Of a DNA stretch of 64,000 nucleotides, positions 23,536-34,749 are shown one piece after another. The stretch lies in assembly GCA_977018835.1 (NCBI GenBank), contig OZ361259.1, forward strand, positions 3,658,001 through 3,722,000. Reading direction: 5' to 3'. The translations under genes were made by a program, and so were the position numbers. The notes beneath the pieces are model-generated. The model was not told the DNA's origin, ran no database searches, and worked only from the letters and a program-made list of their open reading frames with translations. The stretch comes from Minutocellus sp. GHC0000111. Its lineage: Eukaryota. The first letter of the stretch is position 1, and each line of letters starts with the position of its first letter.

Positions 23536-25968
23536 CTAACAAGTTGCATTTGGTCTGATACATCCTCGACTTTGGCAGGCGCTTACAAATAAACCTTCCC
23601 TTATAAACATTTTGATTTGATGTTGTAGTGCCGGATCTATTCGCGTACACCAGTGAACATCATTGGGAAGGACGCCGTTTCCTTCCTTGTCCTTGCTAGA
23701 GGTAATGCTCGAAACGCGAATGCTCTCCCACTCCTTCTCATACAAAATCTCGGTAAATACAACAGTGGATTCATTTAATAGACTAGGCGGTGACTCCAAC
23801 GGAAATGACATTGCATGTCCACCACCCTTCGATAAATCTCCCGTCTGAGCAGATGTCAATCCAAACGGGCGTAGATTATTCTCTCCTTCGACAACAACTG
23901 CCCCGTATGCCCGAGCAAGTACTTCCGCACCCAGAGTTGTGACTGTTGAGTCTCCCAGACCTGTATAAATAGCAGTCTCAGGATGAGGCTCCGTCAAAGG
24001 CGGTGATAAAACACCAGAGACCTCGACGCTATCCCAAAATATCTGCATAAGCGACAATACTACACGAACATGGCGCTTGTACCGAAGATTCAGCAGCATC
24101 AAGGTTTCATAAAATGGAAAAATATCGGAACGTGGCATCAATAATGAAAATGGCGTTCCAGGATTCCCTAGAATTGTGCCATCGAGTAGATTACGAGCTC
24201 CCGCGAGCGCAGCATAAGCGCCACCAAGCACTCCGCCTTGCGAAATGCCATAAAACAAGTACCGAGGCCTCGTGGAATTATCTCTGTGCAGATTACGAGG
24301 TCGCCGGAAAGACATGAAGTCCATATCAAGTAAAGCTTGACGGCAGAAGTGCTGTATTGCCACACGTGCTCCATAGCCTTGAATAATATTATCTCTCAGA
24401 CTTGAAAATAGATGTGGCTCACTTACAAATGTTCGCAGTACAAGTGGAAGGTCAAGTCGAGACATGCCTCTCCAATTCGATGCAACAAGAATGTGTCCAT
24501 TTTCGTTGGCCATTTTATGCAAAAACGTCGAATCAAGAAGTTCCTGCCGACTGTACAAAAAAGAGTGGCCATAATCGACAATTGCGGTGAGATTTGTAGC
24601 ATTTGCTTTGTGAGTCACAAGGCTGCAGGGAACGAGAACTATGAATTTGACAGGTTCAGCTGGTAATTGGTTGCTCAGTAGAGCCTCTCTGTCGATGTAA
24701 GACGCACGATGCCGCGGAGAGTCAATGGACAGGAACCAGGGGACATCCAATTGAGCATGAATTACCCTCGCAATTCGATCCCTTGGTCGGCGACACCTCC
24801 TGTTGATGATCTTGATCACTTCAACGCGTCTGGACCAATTCCACTCAGCATCATCCAATTGTCGAAGAGTCCCATCGCGGACTGCTCTCACCATACCTAG
24901 CTGAGACGTTGCGCTCGCTGTTGTAAAGTCAAAGAGCATCTGGATGACAACACCATTCTGACTGGTCCATGGAGCAGCACTTTGTAGTGTCGGTATGACT
25001 TGGTGTCTGTAAAAGGAAGAACGCTCGAGGTCGGAGTTACCAACGTCAACTCCAGCATTTGTCTCATTAAAAGACAATAGTTCTGTCAATCCTGCCGATG
25101 GTGGGAGTAAAGTTCCATCTGAGCCCACTGCATTGATCACGGCGATGGCATATGTAGTATTATGTCTCAATGGAGAAGCCGGTTGCATCACAATGGAAGG
25201 TCGAATACGATCGATGGTATCGAATTCGGCAAAATGCGGCACAAGGACAGCAGAATCGAAATTCAAGAGTAGCGTTACACTGTCGGATGTCAGTGAGCTT
25301 GCAATGTCATCATAAGCTGGCAAGTGGCTTCCGTTGGTACCCATTCCGTTTCCTTCGCGCATTCCTTCGAGATAGAAGACAATAGGACCACCGGTACTGA
25401 AACCGTCCATTTCGTTCACGTAACTTGGATGTATTGGTCCGCTGGCCTTATAGAAACTCTTCAAGGCTTCCTCTTTGATGTCAATTCGCCTACCAGTAAC
25501 GGTAGTAGTGTCCAGACGGGTAAAATAAGAGGACGGGAAAGGCATCAAGCATTCGGCTGTGTCGACGGGATCACAGTAGGGACCAATGTTGTTGTCTGGA
25601 GGCGGGTCCCTCGTTGGTAAGTAGACGTATGCAGAGTGAGCCGAAAGCACGAGAGAAGGCAGAGTCACCAAGAGGCATGTCAAAACGATTCCATGATATA
25701 TTTTTGTCAATCCTCGAGCCTCCAACATATTGTAGACGTTTTCCGGCATTCGAGTAGATCGCAATAGATCAGAGCACATCCTCGTTGTGTTGCTTGGTCC
25801 ACCACAAAGAAGGAGGGACATTCCAAAAACTACAACTCCCACCTCAACCAGAGCAGCAATGCCTGACCAGAGTGCGGCCCAAAAGAAGGTTCGTTCTAAA
25901 TCGCGCCACTCAATGGCCGTCGTTCCATCAGGTTCCACGAAGAATAAACGGCGAAAGGTGCCAAACAT
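23536..25968 (-). CDS. Membrane-anchored alpha/beta-hydrolase-fold protein (start uncertain, ORF is open to 26256)
   Basis: Intronless; two N-terminal TM segments, CLMPFPS, DGFST, YGHS, nucleophile elbow YGISQGG, GLGD and DVH near the C-terminus. Confidence 0.65.
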   Translation of the reverse strand: MFGTFRRLFFVEPDGTTAIEWRDLERTFFWAALWSGIAALVEVGVVVFGMSLLLCGGPSNTTRMCSDLLRSTRMPENVYNMLEARGLTKIYHGIVLTCLLVTLPSLVLSAHSAYVYLPTRDPPPDNNIGPYCDPVDTAECLMPFPSSYFTRLDTTTVTGRRIDIKEEALKSFYKASGPIHPSYVNEMDGFSTGGPIVFYLEGMREGNGMGTNGSHLPAYDDIASSLTSDSVTLLLNFDSAVLVPHFAEFDTIDRIRPSIVMQPASPLRHNTTYAIAVINAVGSDGTLLPPSAGLTELLSFNETNAGVDVGNSDLERSSFYRHQVIPTLQSAAPWTSQNGVVIQMLFDFTTASATSQLGMVRAVRDGTLRQLDDAEWNWSRRVEVIKIINRRCRRPRDRIARVIHAQLDVPWFLSIDSPRHRASYIDREALLSNQLPAEPVKFIVLVPCSLVTHKANATNLTAIVDYGHSFLYSRQELLDSTFLHKMANENGHILVASNWRGMSRLDLPLVLRTFVSEPHLFSSLRDNIIQGYGARVAIQHFCRQALLDMDFMSFRRPRNLHRDNSTRPRYLFYGISQGGVLGGAYAALAGARNLLDGTILGNPGTPFSLLMPRSDIFPFYETLMLLNLRYKRHVRVVLSLMQIFWDSVEVSGVLSPPLTEPHPETAIYTGLGDSTVTTLGAEVLARAYGAVVVEGENNLRPFGLTSAQTGDLSKGGGHAMSFPLESPPSLLNESTVVFTEILYEKEWESIRVSSITSSKDKEGNGVLPNDVHWCTRIDPALQHQIKMFIREGLFVSACQSRGCIRPNATC

Positions 25969-26220
25969 CTTGGGTATTAGCAATCCATGCAGCAGGAAGG
26001 ATAGCTCGGCAAAGACCAGCACCAAAAAATAGATCCGATGTCTCACCGCATGTCCATCTTCCACCAGTTCTTCCTTCCTATTTGGCCAGCAGGATACCGA
26101 TAGCAGGGTCGGATTCGGTGTCAGCTGCAGCAGCCCAATTGTAGGGAGCACTGCCAAAGTTTGATATGCGGCCAGCGGGAGAGAGAAGTAGTGCCTGAGC
26201 GTCAGCTCGAACAAAATTTG

Positions 26221-29200
26221 ATGGTCATTTGAGCGGTCGAGAGGGATTGGTGTCAACCCGAGGTCTCTTGTCCAGAACAGTGCCCTCTTCGTATTTGCCT
26301 CCTCGCAATAATTCGAATAGTGAGGGGGGAATCATTGTGAGAGAAAGCAAGGCGAAGAAGGCTTTCCCCAAGAAGGCCCAAAAGGCACAGAATGGGGTGC
26401 AAGAGATCAAGATAGATCCCAAAGTTCGAGTCAATCCCCGTGCCGAAGAGCTCCATTTGTACCAGTTGCGCAAGCTGGCTGCGTCCATGATCACGGGGGC
26501 AACCGGGACGCGGCCATCGCATCGCGAGGCGCTATTTCGAATCATATCTCTTTTGCATTCGTCAATTGGTGGTTCAGGTGAGTCTGGTCAGATCCAATCC
26601 AGCAGGGACAGAATTATCCTGCAGTATGCACGCGAAGTAGAGTCCAACCGTGAGCTATGGCGCAGAATAAGGGTGGATATAATGGTGAAGCTTCGAAGGT
26701 TGCAGCGAGACGACACGACCGGTGGAAGGGGTAGCAAGAGGCCCGAGCTTGAGGCATTTTGCAGAGACGTAATGGACATCATGGACGAATTGCTCGGAGA
26801 TGAGCCCTCTTGGATGTGCGGGCCAAACGCAACATGGGAAACCAATCCGATACGGGAACGGGCAAAGAAATTGCGAAATCGTATTGAGAGGCTCTTCCCT
26901 TCACCCGAAGCAAGTGCCGATGGCCTCGGATACGGCAGTGCCGCCGCGGAAGTAGATGGAGATGACAAGGAGATAGAAGAGGGCCAGAAGACGGATGATG
27001 GCAGAAAAGTCCGCTTTACTATGGATGAAAGCGATGATGATCGGGAGACGACCGATGGGGAAGAGGAGAGACAAGATGGAAAGAACCGTGACAAGGATAA
27101 GTCGCCGCCAGTACCGAACCCTCGTCCAGGCGTCATTCGTAATTCTGCCAGAAAGAGTGGTGTTGCGGATGGGGATAAAAACGAGGAAGAGGGTGGGTAT
27201 CAGCCAGATCCATATGCCTTGATGCAACGTGGCAATGCACAAATCGACCCTACTGTGGTTTGTATAACGCTCGCAGCACTGGTGTCAGAGCTCTGTGCTG
27301 CAAGGTCCCAGGTAGAGAAGAAACAATTACAGGCAAAAGGCATTAAAAATGAAGAGAGCACGGGATACCAGGGGATGTCGGCCTTGAGCACGAGCAACGG
27401 CCGCGGCGTCGGCCAGGACTGTGTCACTTTTGAAGAGCAGACCGATGAGTTAAAGCAGGCATTGGTGAATTACTTTGATCAAGTGATCAAATCATTTCCT
27501 ATATTTCACCAAAGAAAAGATATTCCCGATCCCAACCTTGCCACGATAGCCCTACGCCGGCAAAGCTTCGTGGCTAATGACCTCTCTCCAGCTCTTTACT
27601 CGTACGACACTACAACGAACGGTGTAGATTTAGAAACCAAAAAGACAAATGATCGCGTTGATAGCTCTGATGATGACAGCAGCGACGAAGGTCGGCCCAC
27701 TGCCACTTCCATTGCAACTTTCAACGACAAAAGTGAAGGAGGATGGGAGGTGGACATGGCGAGTGTCGCTGAAGATATTGCCAACGCCGGACGAAAGTTA
27801 CAAGCAGACCCTCGCCTAAAGTTCTTCACTGAACTTCACATTACAACAGTAATTGCAAGTTTTGCCTCAGTCCTACCTCCAAATGCCGCCGAAATCATCT
27901 CAAGACCTTGCAGTTTGGATGACGTTTCTCAGAGAACCCCGTTCGACCTGATGAAATTCATGCTCGAGGACATGGAATCAAAGAAACAAATTCTTCACGA
28001 AGAATCAACCGCCAATGCCCTCAGTTCCTTTGGTGATCAACAAGCAAGTATAAAATCATCGGCTCTGATATCTGAGCTTCTCACAGCGGCTGAATCAGCT
28101 TCCGATCTGGCCGAAAAAGCAAAGCATACCGATCCGACGATTATATCGTGGCAGTTAGCCTTCCTAGCTGGGGCGACGTGCGTCAGTTCTGGAATAGTGA
28201 TTGGGACTGGTGCGCAGTGGACAGCCTCTGATTACTACGAGGACAATGGGGATATTGCAAGAAGGACACGGGCTGATAATCACGCCGAAGTACGCCTTCA
28301 AACAGCAAAGTGTCTCCGCAATCTTCTCGAGATTTGCGGCAGTAAACACAACCCCGGCGACCGAACACCGCCAATTTACTGTGTTGCGGCATCTTCTTTC
28401 CTTGAATGGAAGGAAGCTACGTGTCTACTCATTCGTCGAGGTGCTAGAGGTAGCAACGAGCAACATTTCCGCGGTATTCGAATGCTTCATGCGTATTTCT
28501 CTATCGAATGGGCCAAGTCAGATAGATCAGACATCGCCGTTAAGCGCATCCTTGATCTCTATTCGAATGGAGAGGTTAGCAACGACGTCTTGTCCATGGT
28601 CCTTGCTGATCGTCTCGAGCAGGCGCCCGATGATGGCCTGCGTTGGATGCATCTCGCTTCGTCGCTTGGCAGTCTCGGAGAGCCTAGCGATTCGCAAAAG
28701 AAGCAGGGCAATTTTTGTTCTGTGGAGGAATGCATGGAATGCCCATACTTGCAAGAAAGTGTTTGTTGTGATCACGATGCCATCTCTCGTCGAAAGCAGG
28801 ACGAAGGGTGGTGGGGCGATGGAAGAAAATGGTGGGAGCAGCTTTTCTTTAACTTTTTATCTCCCTCACGCAAAACTTCAGGGGAAACTTCATCCTCAAG
28901 GAACCTACTCGCCAATGCTCTTGACGAGAGTATTCGCGACGCACATGGTACTTCTTCCAGTGAAAATACTACTCAGGAAAATGTGTTTCAGTCTCATTCT
29001 CGTGGCGGAGTTGGCCCTCGCCAGCAGAATCTTGACCTAGACCCATCATGGCTCGCAACTCTGGAAAGTGAAGCCGAATTTTACTATTCGAGCAGCAGCA
29101 GCAGTGAAGATGAAGGTGACGATTCTTCTCTCCCAAGTAGAAATCGTGTCCACAAAAAGAGAAGAGTATTCGACGACCTTCTTCCTAAGCACATATCGGA

Positions 29201-29579
29201 TGTTTGTGGTGGGGTTGACGTCTGCAGCATTTCCAAAGAATTACCGAACACGCTCGAGGACGCAATGTCTGATATCGATTCTTCCAACTCTTTTGACAAT
29301 TCAGTGAGTGTGCTATGCTGTAAAATATTGGTTGCCTCTCACCTTCTTGGACCACGCCACAAATTTATATCTGATGGTGTGAACAGTCTCGCTTCAAGTT
29401 GCCCTCGAAGTATCATTGAAAGTAATGGCAGGCGAGGAATACCAGACAACAAGAGTAGTGAATATCTTGGGTTTCTTTGGTTGTCGAAACAGGGACTGAA
29501 TGTTCAAAAGATTCTCAGGGACGCCGAGAAATACTCCAATGAATCATCTTCTCTTGCGCTGTCAACAATTGAGTTTTAG
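26221..29579 (+). CDS. Large hypothetical protein, possibly TAF1A/Rrn11-like Pol I initiation factor; likely missing T at about 26229
   Basis: ATGGTCATTTGAGC becomes MVILSGREG with one extra T. The C-terminal pattern W.HLA...WWGDGRKWW..FF...CKILVASHLLG resembles the TAF1A C-terminus as recalled. Confidence 0.45.
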
Positions 29580-29684
29580 GCACGATGCGCCAAAGCGATG
29601 ACTACCATGGTACGTAGCAATTAGTAGGGGCAGATGCTAAACTTGCTATTTTAAAAAATATTAATTACTCGCACCATCGTTTAC

Positions 29685-32600
29685 TTACTTGCGCAGATGA
29701 GGCGGGACGTAACGGCCGCCAACGTTGGCACTAGACGAAGGAGCAGAGCCGCCATTGCCACTCTCCTTGTTCCGGAGGTGGGGCGGCACATATCCTCCTC
29801 CGGAGGCAGGTGCTGGAGCGGCGACCGGTGCGGCATCGACATCCGGCGTGGCCTTCTTCAACGATTCCATTGCAAAAGATGACTCTGCCTTCTTCTCCGG
29901 AGAGGTCTTGGTGATGGACGGAGCAACCGAAATGCTACTTTCTTTCTTCTTTGCGGCTTCTTTTGCAGCGGCCTTCTTTGCAGCCTTGGCAGCTTTCTCC
30001 TTCTCCGTCTCTTCCTTGATTGCTTCACTGGCATCGCCACGAAGAGTACCCTTCTGCTCGCCATGAAGATCCATTTGGCTCCGCATATCCATCTTGAAGG
30101 CCTGGATATCTCCCTTGTAGGGCTCCACTTTCCTGCGATCGAGCAAAGGCCAAACGAAAATGAATAAAAAGCAAAGGAATGGATGAGCTTTTTGCTCGAA
30201 ACCAAACACATCATAATTACGAGGATAATCCACTGCACTCACTTGTGATCGCAAATCCAAATTTCTTTTGCAACTTGACCAATTAGTCGCATGTCGTGAC
30301 TAACAAGCACAATGCCACCTTTGAAGTCATTGATGGCATCGGCGAGAGCGTCAATGGACTCCATGTCGAGATGGTCTGATCGAATAGGAACGTTGCATTG
30401 AATTGAATTGAATTGCATAGAAGTGTCAGAAAGAGAAATGCAAACGAAGGAAAATAGTCATTGCAGCAGTATTATGCCAGACGAAGAAAAACTCACTTGT
30501 AGGCTCGTCGAGGAGCAGAATGTGAGGCACCTCACGGCCTAGCTTGGCAAATACAACCCTGGACTTCTGTCCATCACTCAGCTCGTCCATTTTCTGGACC
30601 TGCATCTTGCCCGAGACACCGAACCGACCCAAGTACTTCCTCTGTTCGTCATAGGGAGTTCCGGGATAGAGCTTATCGAAATACTGAAGCGGAGTCAGCT
30701 CGACATCCAGAACATCGACAAAGTGCTGAGTGAATCGACCAAGCTTCAGGTGACCATGAGGACGAATGTCACCAAGGGTCGGCTCAAGCTCACCGGCCAT
30801 TAGCTTCACGAGCGTAGTCTACAATATACCATGGAAGGGAAGACGAACGATATGAGCGAAAGCAATGGCACAAGGAGAATTACAACAATCCAAAAAATGA
30901 ATTGTAAACCGAATCAAATTGACTCACCTTTCCGGCACCATTAGGGCCAACAAGGGCAATGCGAGAATCGAGATCAACGCCAACATTCACGCTAGTATAG
31001 AGAGGCTGGCAATTCGGATAGGCGAAAGAAACATCATGAAAGGCCAAGACTGGCGGGGGCAATTCACCGGGATCTGGGAAGCGGAAGTTCATCTGTTTTT
31101 CAACCTCTGGCTTCTCCGTGAGTCCACCGCGGACCATCTTGTCTAGCACCTTTTGCTTGGACTGGGCCTGCTTGGCATTCTTGCTGGTACCATGGCCGAA
31201 GCGGGCGATGTACTCCTTCATGGATTTGATTTGGTCCTGTTCCCACATGTACTGCTTCATCTGATTCTCCTCCTTCTCGGACTTGGTCTTTATGAATTGA
31301 TCATAATTACCATCATAGTAGATCAGCTTGCGTTTGTTGGTCATATGGATCATATTCGTAGAGACGTTGTTCATAAAGTCTTGAGAGTGGGAAATGAGGA
31401 GCAAAATCTTATCCCACTTGGAAAGGTAATCCTCCAGCCAAATAACAGCCTCCATATCGAGATGGTCTGATGGATGAAACAGGGCATTGAATAGAATTAC
31501 GCATGAAAGCCAGAGTGAGAAATGTACACGAAGCAAACCCAATGGTGAAGCACGAGAGAAAATCATTTGTAACACCAGGCAAAGAAGAACTCACTTGTGG
31601 GCTCATCAAGCAGGAGTAGAGTGGGCTGAATGAAAAGGGCTCTTGCCAAGCTGACGCGCATACGCCATCCTCCACTGAAATCCTTGGTCAGCTTGCCTTG
31701 CATTTCATGAGTAAAACCCAAACCCTTGAGGATGCTACGAGCCCTGGTCTCAGCCGTCGCAGCGTCGAGCAGATCAAGCCTTTCATAGATGTAATTGAGA
31801 GCATCCATGAGCTTCTCCTGCTGTTCCTCCATGGTCAAGCCATCACCTTCCTCATCATTGCCACCATCGCCTTCGTCGTCTTGCTCAGCCAGCTTCGCCA
31901 GAGCATCGTTGAGCTTCTCGGCCTCTTGCTCGAGATTGTTCCGCTCGACGTCAACACTCATCACAGCCTCAATGGCGGTAATGGTGTCCGATGCCTCCAC
32001 CTCCTCCTTGAGATGGAACACGTCAATTCCCTCAGGAATCGGCACAGCACGAGCACCAAGAGCATTCATGAAAGTAGATTTACCGCTGTCGTTTCGTTCG
32101 CATTTCCCATTCCACATAAATCCACCAAAACACAGTTGAAAATGTGAGACATGTAATCGATATGAAGTGAATAGCAAAGCCAATTTACTAATCCTCAATT
32201 ACTTACCAACCATTGCGACCAATGAGACCATATCTCTGGCCATGATTCAAGATAATTTCGGTGCCATCCAACATGACCATCCCGCGATGTTGCAGCGTAA
32301 AGTTCTGCACATTGATATCACGGCTGCGGGCATCGACGCCCTTCTTGCTAGTTGCAAAGGTACAGATGGTGCCCTGCTCGGCCAACGCCTCAGCGGCGGC
32401 GTTGTTGATGGACAGATCGATGTTGTCACCGTGCTCGGCGGCCGCCCGGGCCGACTCGAGGAGCTTGGCGGCGTCGACCTTGCCCTTGTCGGCGTCCTCG
32501 TCGTCGTCCCCGACATCCTTGCCGGCAGCCTTGGCCTTCTTCTTCTCCTCGCGCTTCTTCTTGGCCAGGGCCTTCTTCTCCTCCTTGGAGAGCTTCTTCT

Positions 32601-32739
32601 CAAAGATCTGGTCCTCCCCGGTATCGGTCGGGTCCCAAACCTTGAGGTGACTGTCGTCAAGATTACCCATTCTTTTTAGAGACAGCTCCTGCTGATACTC
32701 GGCCTCCTTGGCCTTCTTCTGATGCCAACTGGACGACAT
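29685..32739 (-). CDS. ABCF2: ABC-F family ribosome-associated ATPase (ABCF2/Arb1); exons 32739-32207, 32085-31595, 31466-30928, 30818-30497, 30375-30243, 30132-29685
   Basis: [29 protein letters not shown] twice, [17 protein letters not shown] and LSDGQKSR; all introns are GT..AG. Confidence 0.92.
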
Positions 32740-34275
32740 GATGTGCTATTAATTGCTTTTGAGGTCAAGCGGTTTGAGTTGGTGACAGTCAACAGTTATT
32801 ACATGCGCAATAACCGCTCACAAGCGCAAAGATGAAGTCAGTTTCGAAGTTGCTTGCCAGCTGGCGCGCGGAGCGCGGAAGTGGGCGACGAACAGACCTT
32901 CAACTCTCATGCCCGCTCATCCACACATTGCAAAATGGGAAGGGAGATCGGATGCGTTACATAGCGGCGTGATATCAACGGATTTCTCACACACTGAAAA
33001 GAAAACAAAAGAATTCAAAGGATGGGAATTGAGTGGTACATGGAATTTTTGACAAAGCAAACTCTTTCGCCTCACTAAAATTTCGTAATTTCCTGATGCT
33101 TGTCGTCTTCCTTCACAGACCAGATCCTATCCGATCCGATCGCCGGAACTGCAACAATGCAGGATAATGGATGCGTCTTGGGTTAGAGGTAGTCCCACGC
33201 ATGCAACGCGAAGTATCAGCCCGCGTTCTAGCCATCCTAGTGGACTTGTGAGGCGAATCCAACCGATATTGTAAGTCAATGTTGACGCTCCTCCCCGGCC
33301 GAAACTTTCTCGATTGATGACACACCTTTTTACACAACCTTTAATCTGACACCTCTAGTGCTAGATGCCAAACTAACACCTTGGTATCGATGAACGGAAT
33401 TGTATTCTGACGGGAAAGGACATGCTGGTCTGATTACGTATATTACTAATCTGTTCTCACCAGACTTGCTGCTGCTATTTGTTGTTGACTATTGAATTTT
33501 CGTCAGGTTGTCTAGAAAAAGCCTGCGCAATGCTCACAAGGGACATTGCGTCACTGCGACACAGAGAGTCGAGCTAGGGTTGCTAGAACGGGAGAAGAAG
33601 ATGTATTCTTGCCGGTTCTGGCTCGTGTTACTCCTCCCAGAGGAACACACAACAGCAGTCGTCGAAACAAGCGAATCTTGGTACGTACCGACCGGCAAAT
33701 CCAATCTTCCTGAATCATTTTTGGTAGCAGAGTGCTATCTTTGCTTGGAACCGTGCTCTCTTTTGCGCCTGTGCTTCTGCAGAATCCTCGACAGCGTTGT
33801 TGTCGTTCGAATGAAGTTAATAAATCATCGAGAACAAAAGTCAATCATCATCAATAGACTATCAAAAAGTTGTCCGCCCGCCAAGCATGCATTGGTATTT
33901 CAGAGCGCAGGGATCATGATCCATAGCCAGGCTTGGTGGTAAGCACAGCATTGGTATCAAGCAGTGATAAGTTAGACTTACTATCATTAGGATAGCACCC
34001 GTGACTATTTATTTGTAGATCTAGACTACATTGATCTCGGTGGTTTAGATCTAGATCTACATGATAAAACGACTATGTAGAAAATTGTTATACATGTACG
34101 AGTTCAGATTCGCGAGAAATCGAGCGCCCGGTTTTTGACTGCTTTCGAGGGGATTGAAAAGCGCCTCGAAGAATAGTCATGCTGAAATATTTAAGAAAAT
34201 GGCTATTTTTACTCTAATTTTGATTTATCTTCATGTGAAACAATAATTCGGATAAGACTTTAGATTTCAGCGGCT

Positions 34276-34707
34276 CTAATCAAATGGACGCGTTCGTGCG
34301 ACGCGACGGTTCGGCCTCCATCTCGTCTTCATCTTGAACGATGGCATGACACTCGCCTCGGATCGGCAGTACGTGTCGTCCCGGATCTCGCACCACAGCC
34401 AATCCGGGATGAGCTTGAGCTTCTTTAGCTCCCGCTTCACGCCGTTGAACTTGTAGATGAAGGTAACTGAGGAGTGGAACATCTCCGCGGCCTTGTCGCA
34501 CACCGATTCAGTTATTGCCACGACATCATCCATGTCGATTATCGCCCGGCAGACGAGTCGACTGACGACATTGAGGAGCATGTGCTTCTCAAAATCCTCG
34601 GGCCCGTCAATCTTGAGAGTTTTCTCCTGGTCAATGATGATGGCCAAGACAGCGGTGAGTATGTGTTCAATCCATTTGTGTCTCGGGCGGAAGTCGAAGC
34701 TGAGCAT
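34276..34707 (-). CDS. Hypothetical ORF inside the transposon, divergent from the transposase
   Basis: 143-aa ORF, open upstream to about 34767, with AAG/GAG-rich codon usage. The codon-aligned plus frame looks like an antisense shadow. Confidence 0.4.
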   Translation of the reverse strand: MLSFDFRPRHKWIEHILTAVLAIIIDQEKTLKIDGPEDFEKHMLLNVVSRLVCRAIIDMDDVVAITESVCDKAAEMFHSSVTFIYKFNGVKRELKKLKLIPDWLWCEIRDDTYCRSEASVMPSFKMKTRWRPNRRVARTRPFD

Positions 34708-34749
34708 TTCGATGACGCGATCGGCATACTTGGACCGGTATACTGCTTC

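Noticed and set aside
26221..26256. Head-to-head overlap of the 906-aa and 1116-aa ORFs
   Set aside because: Both track starts are TTG; the first in-frame ATG of the minus gene is at 25968, leaving about 250 bp between the genes.
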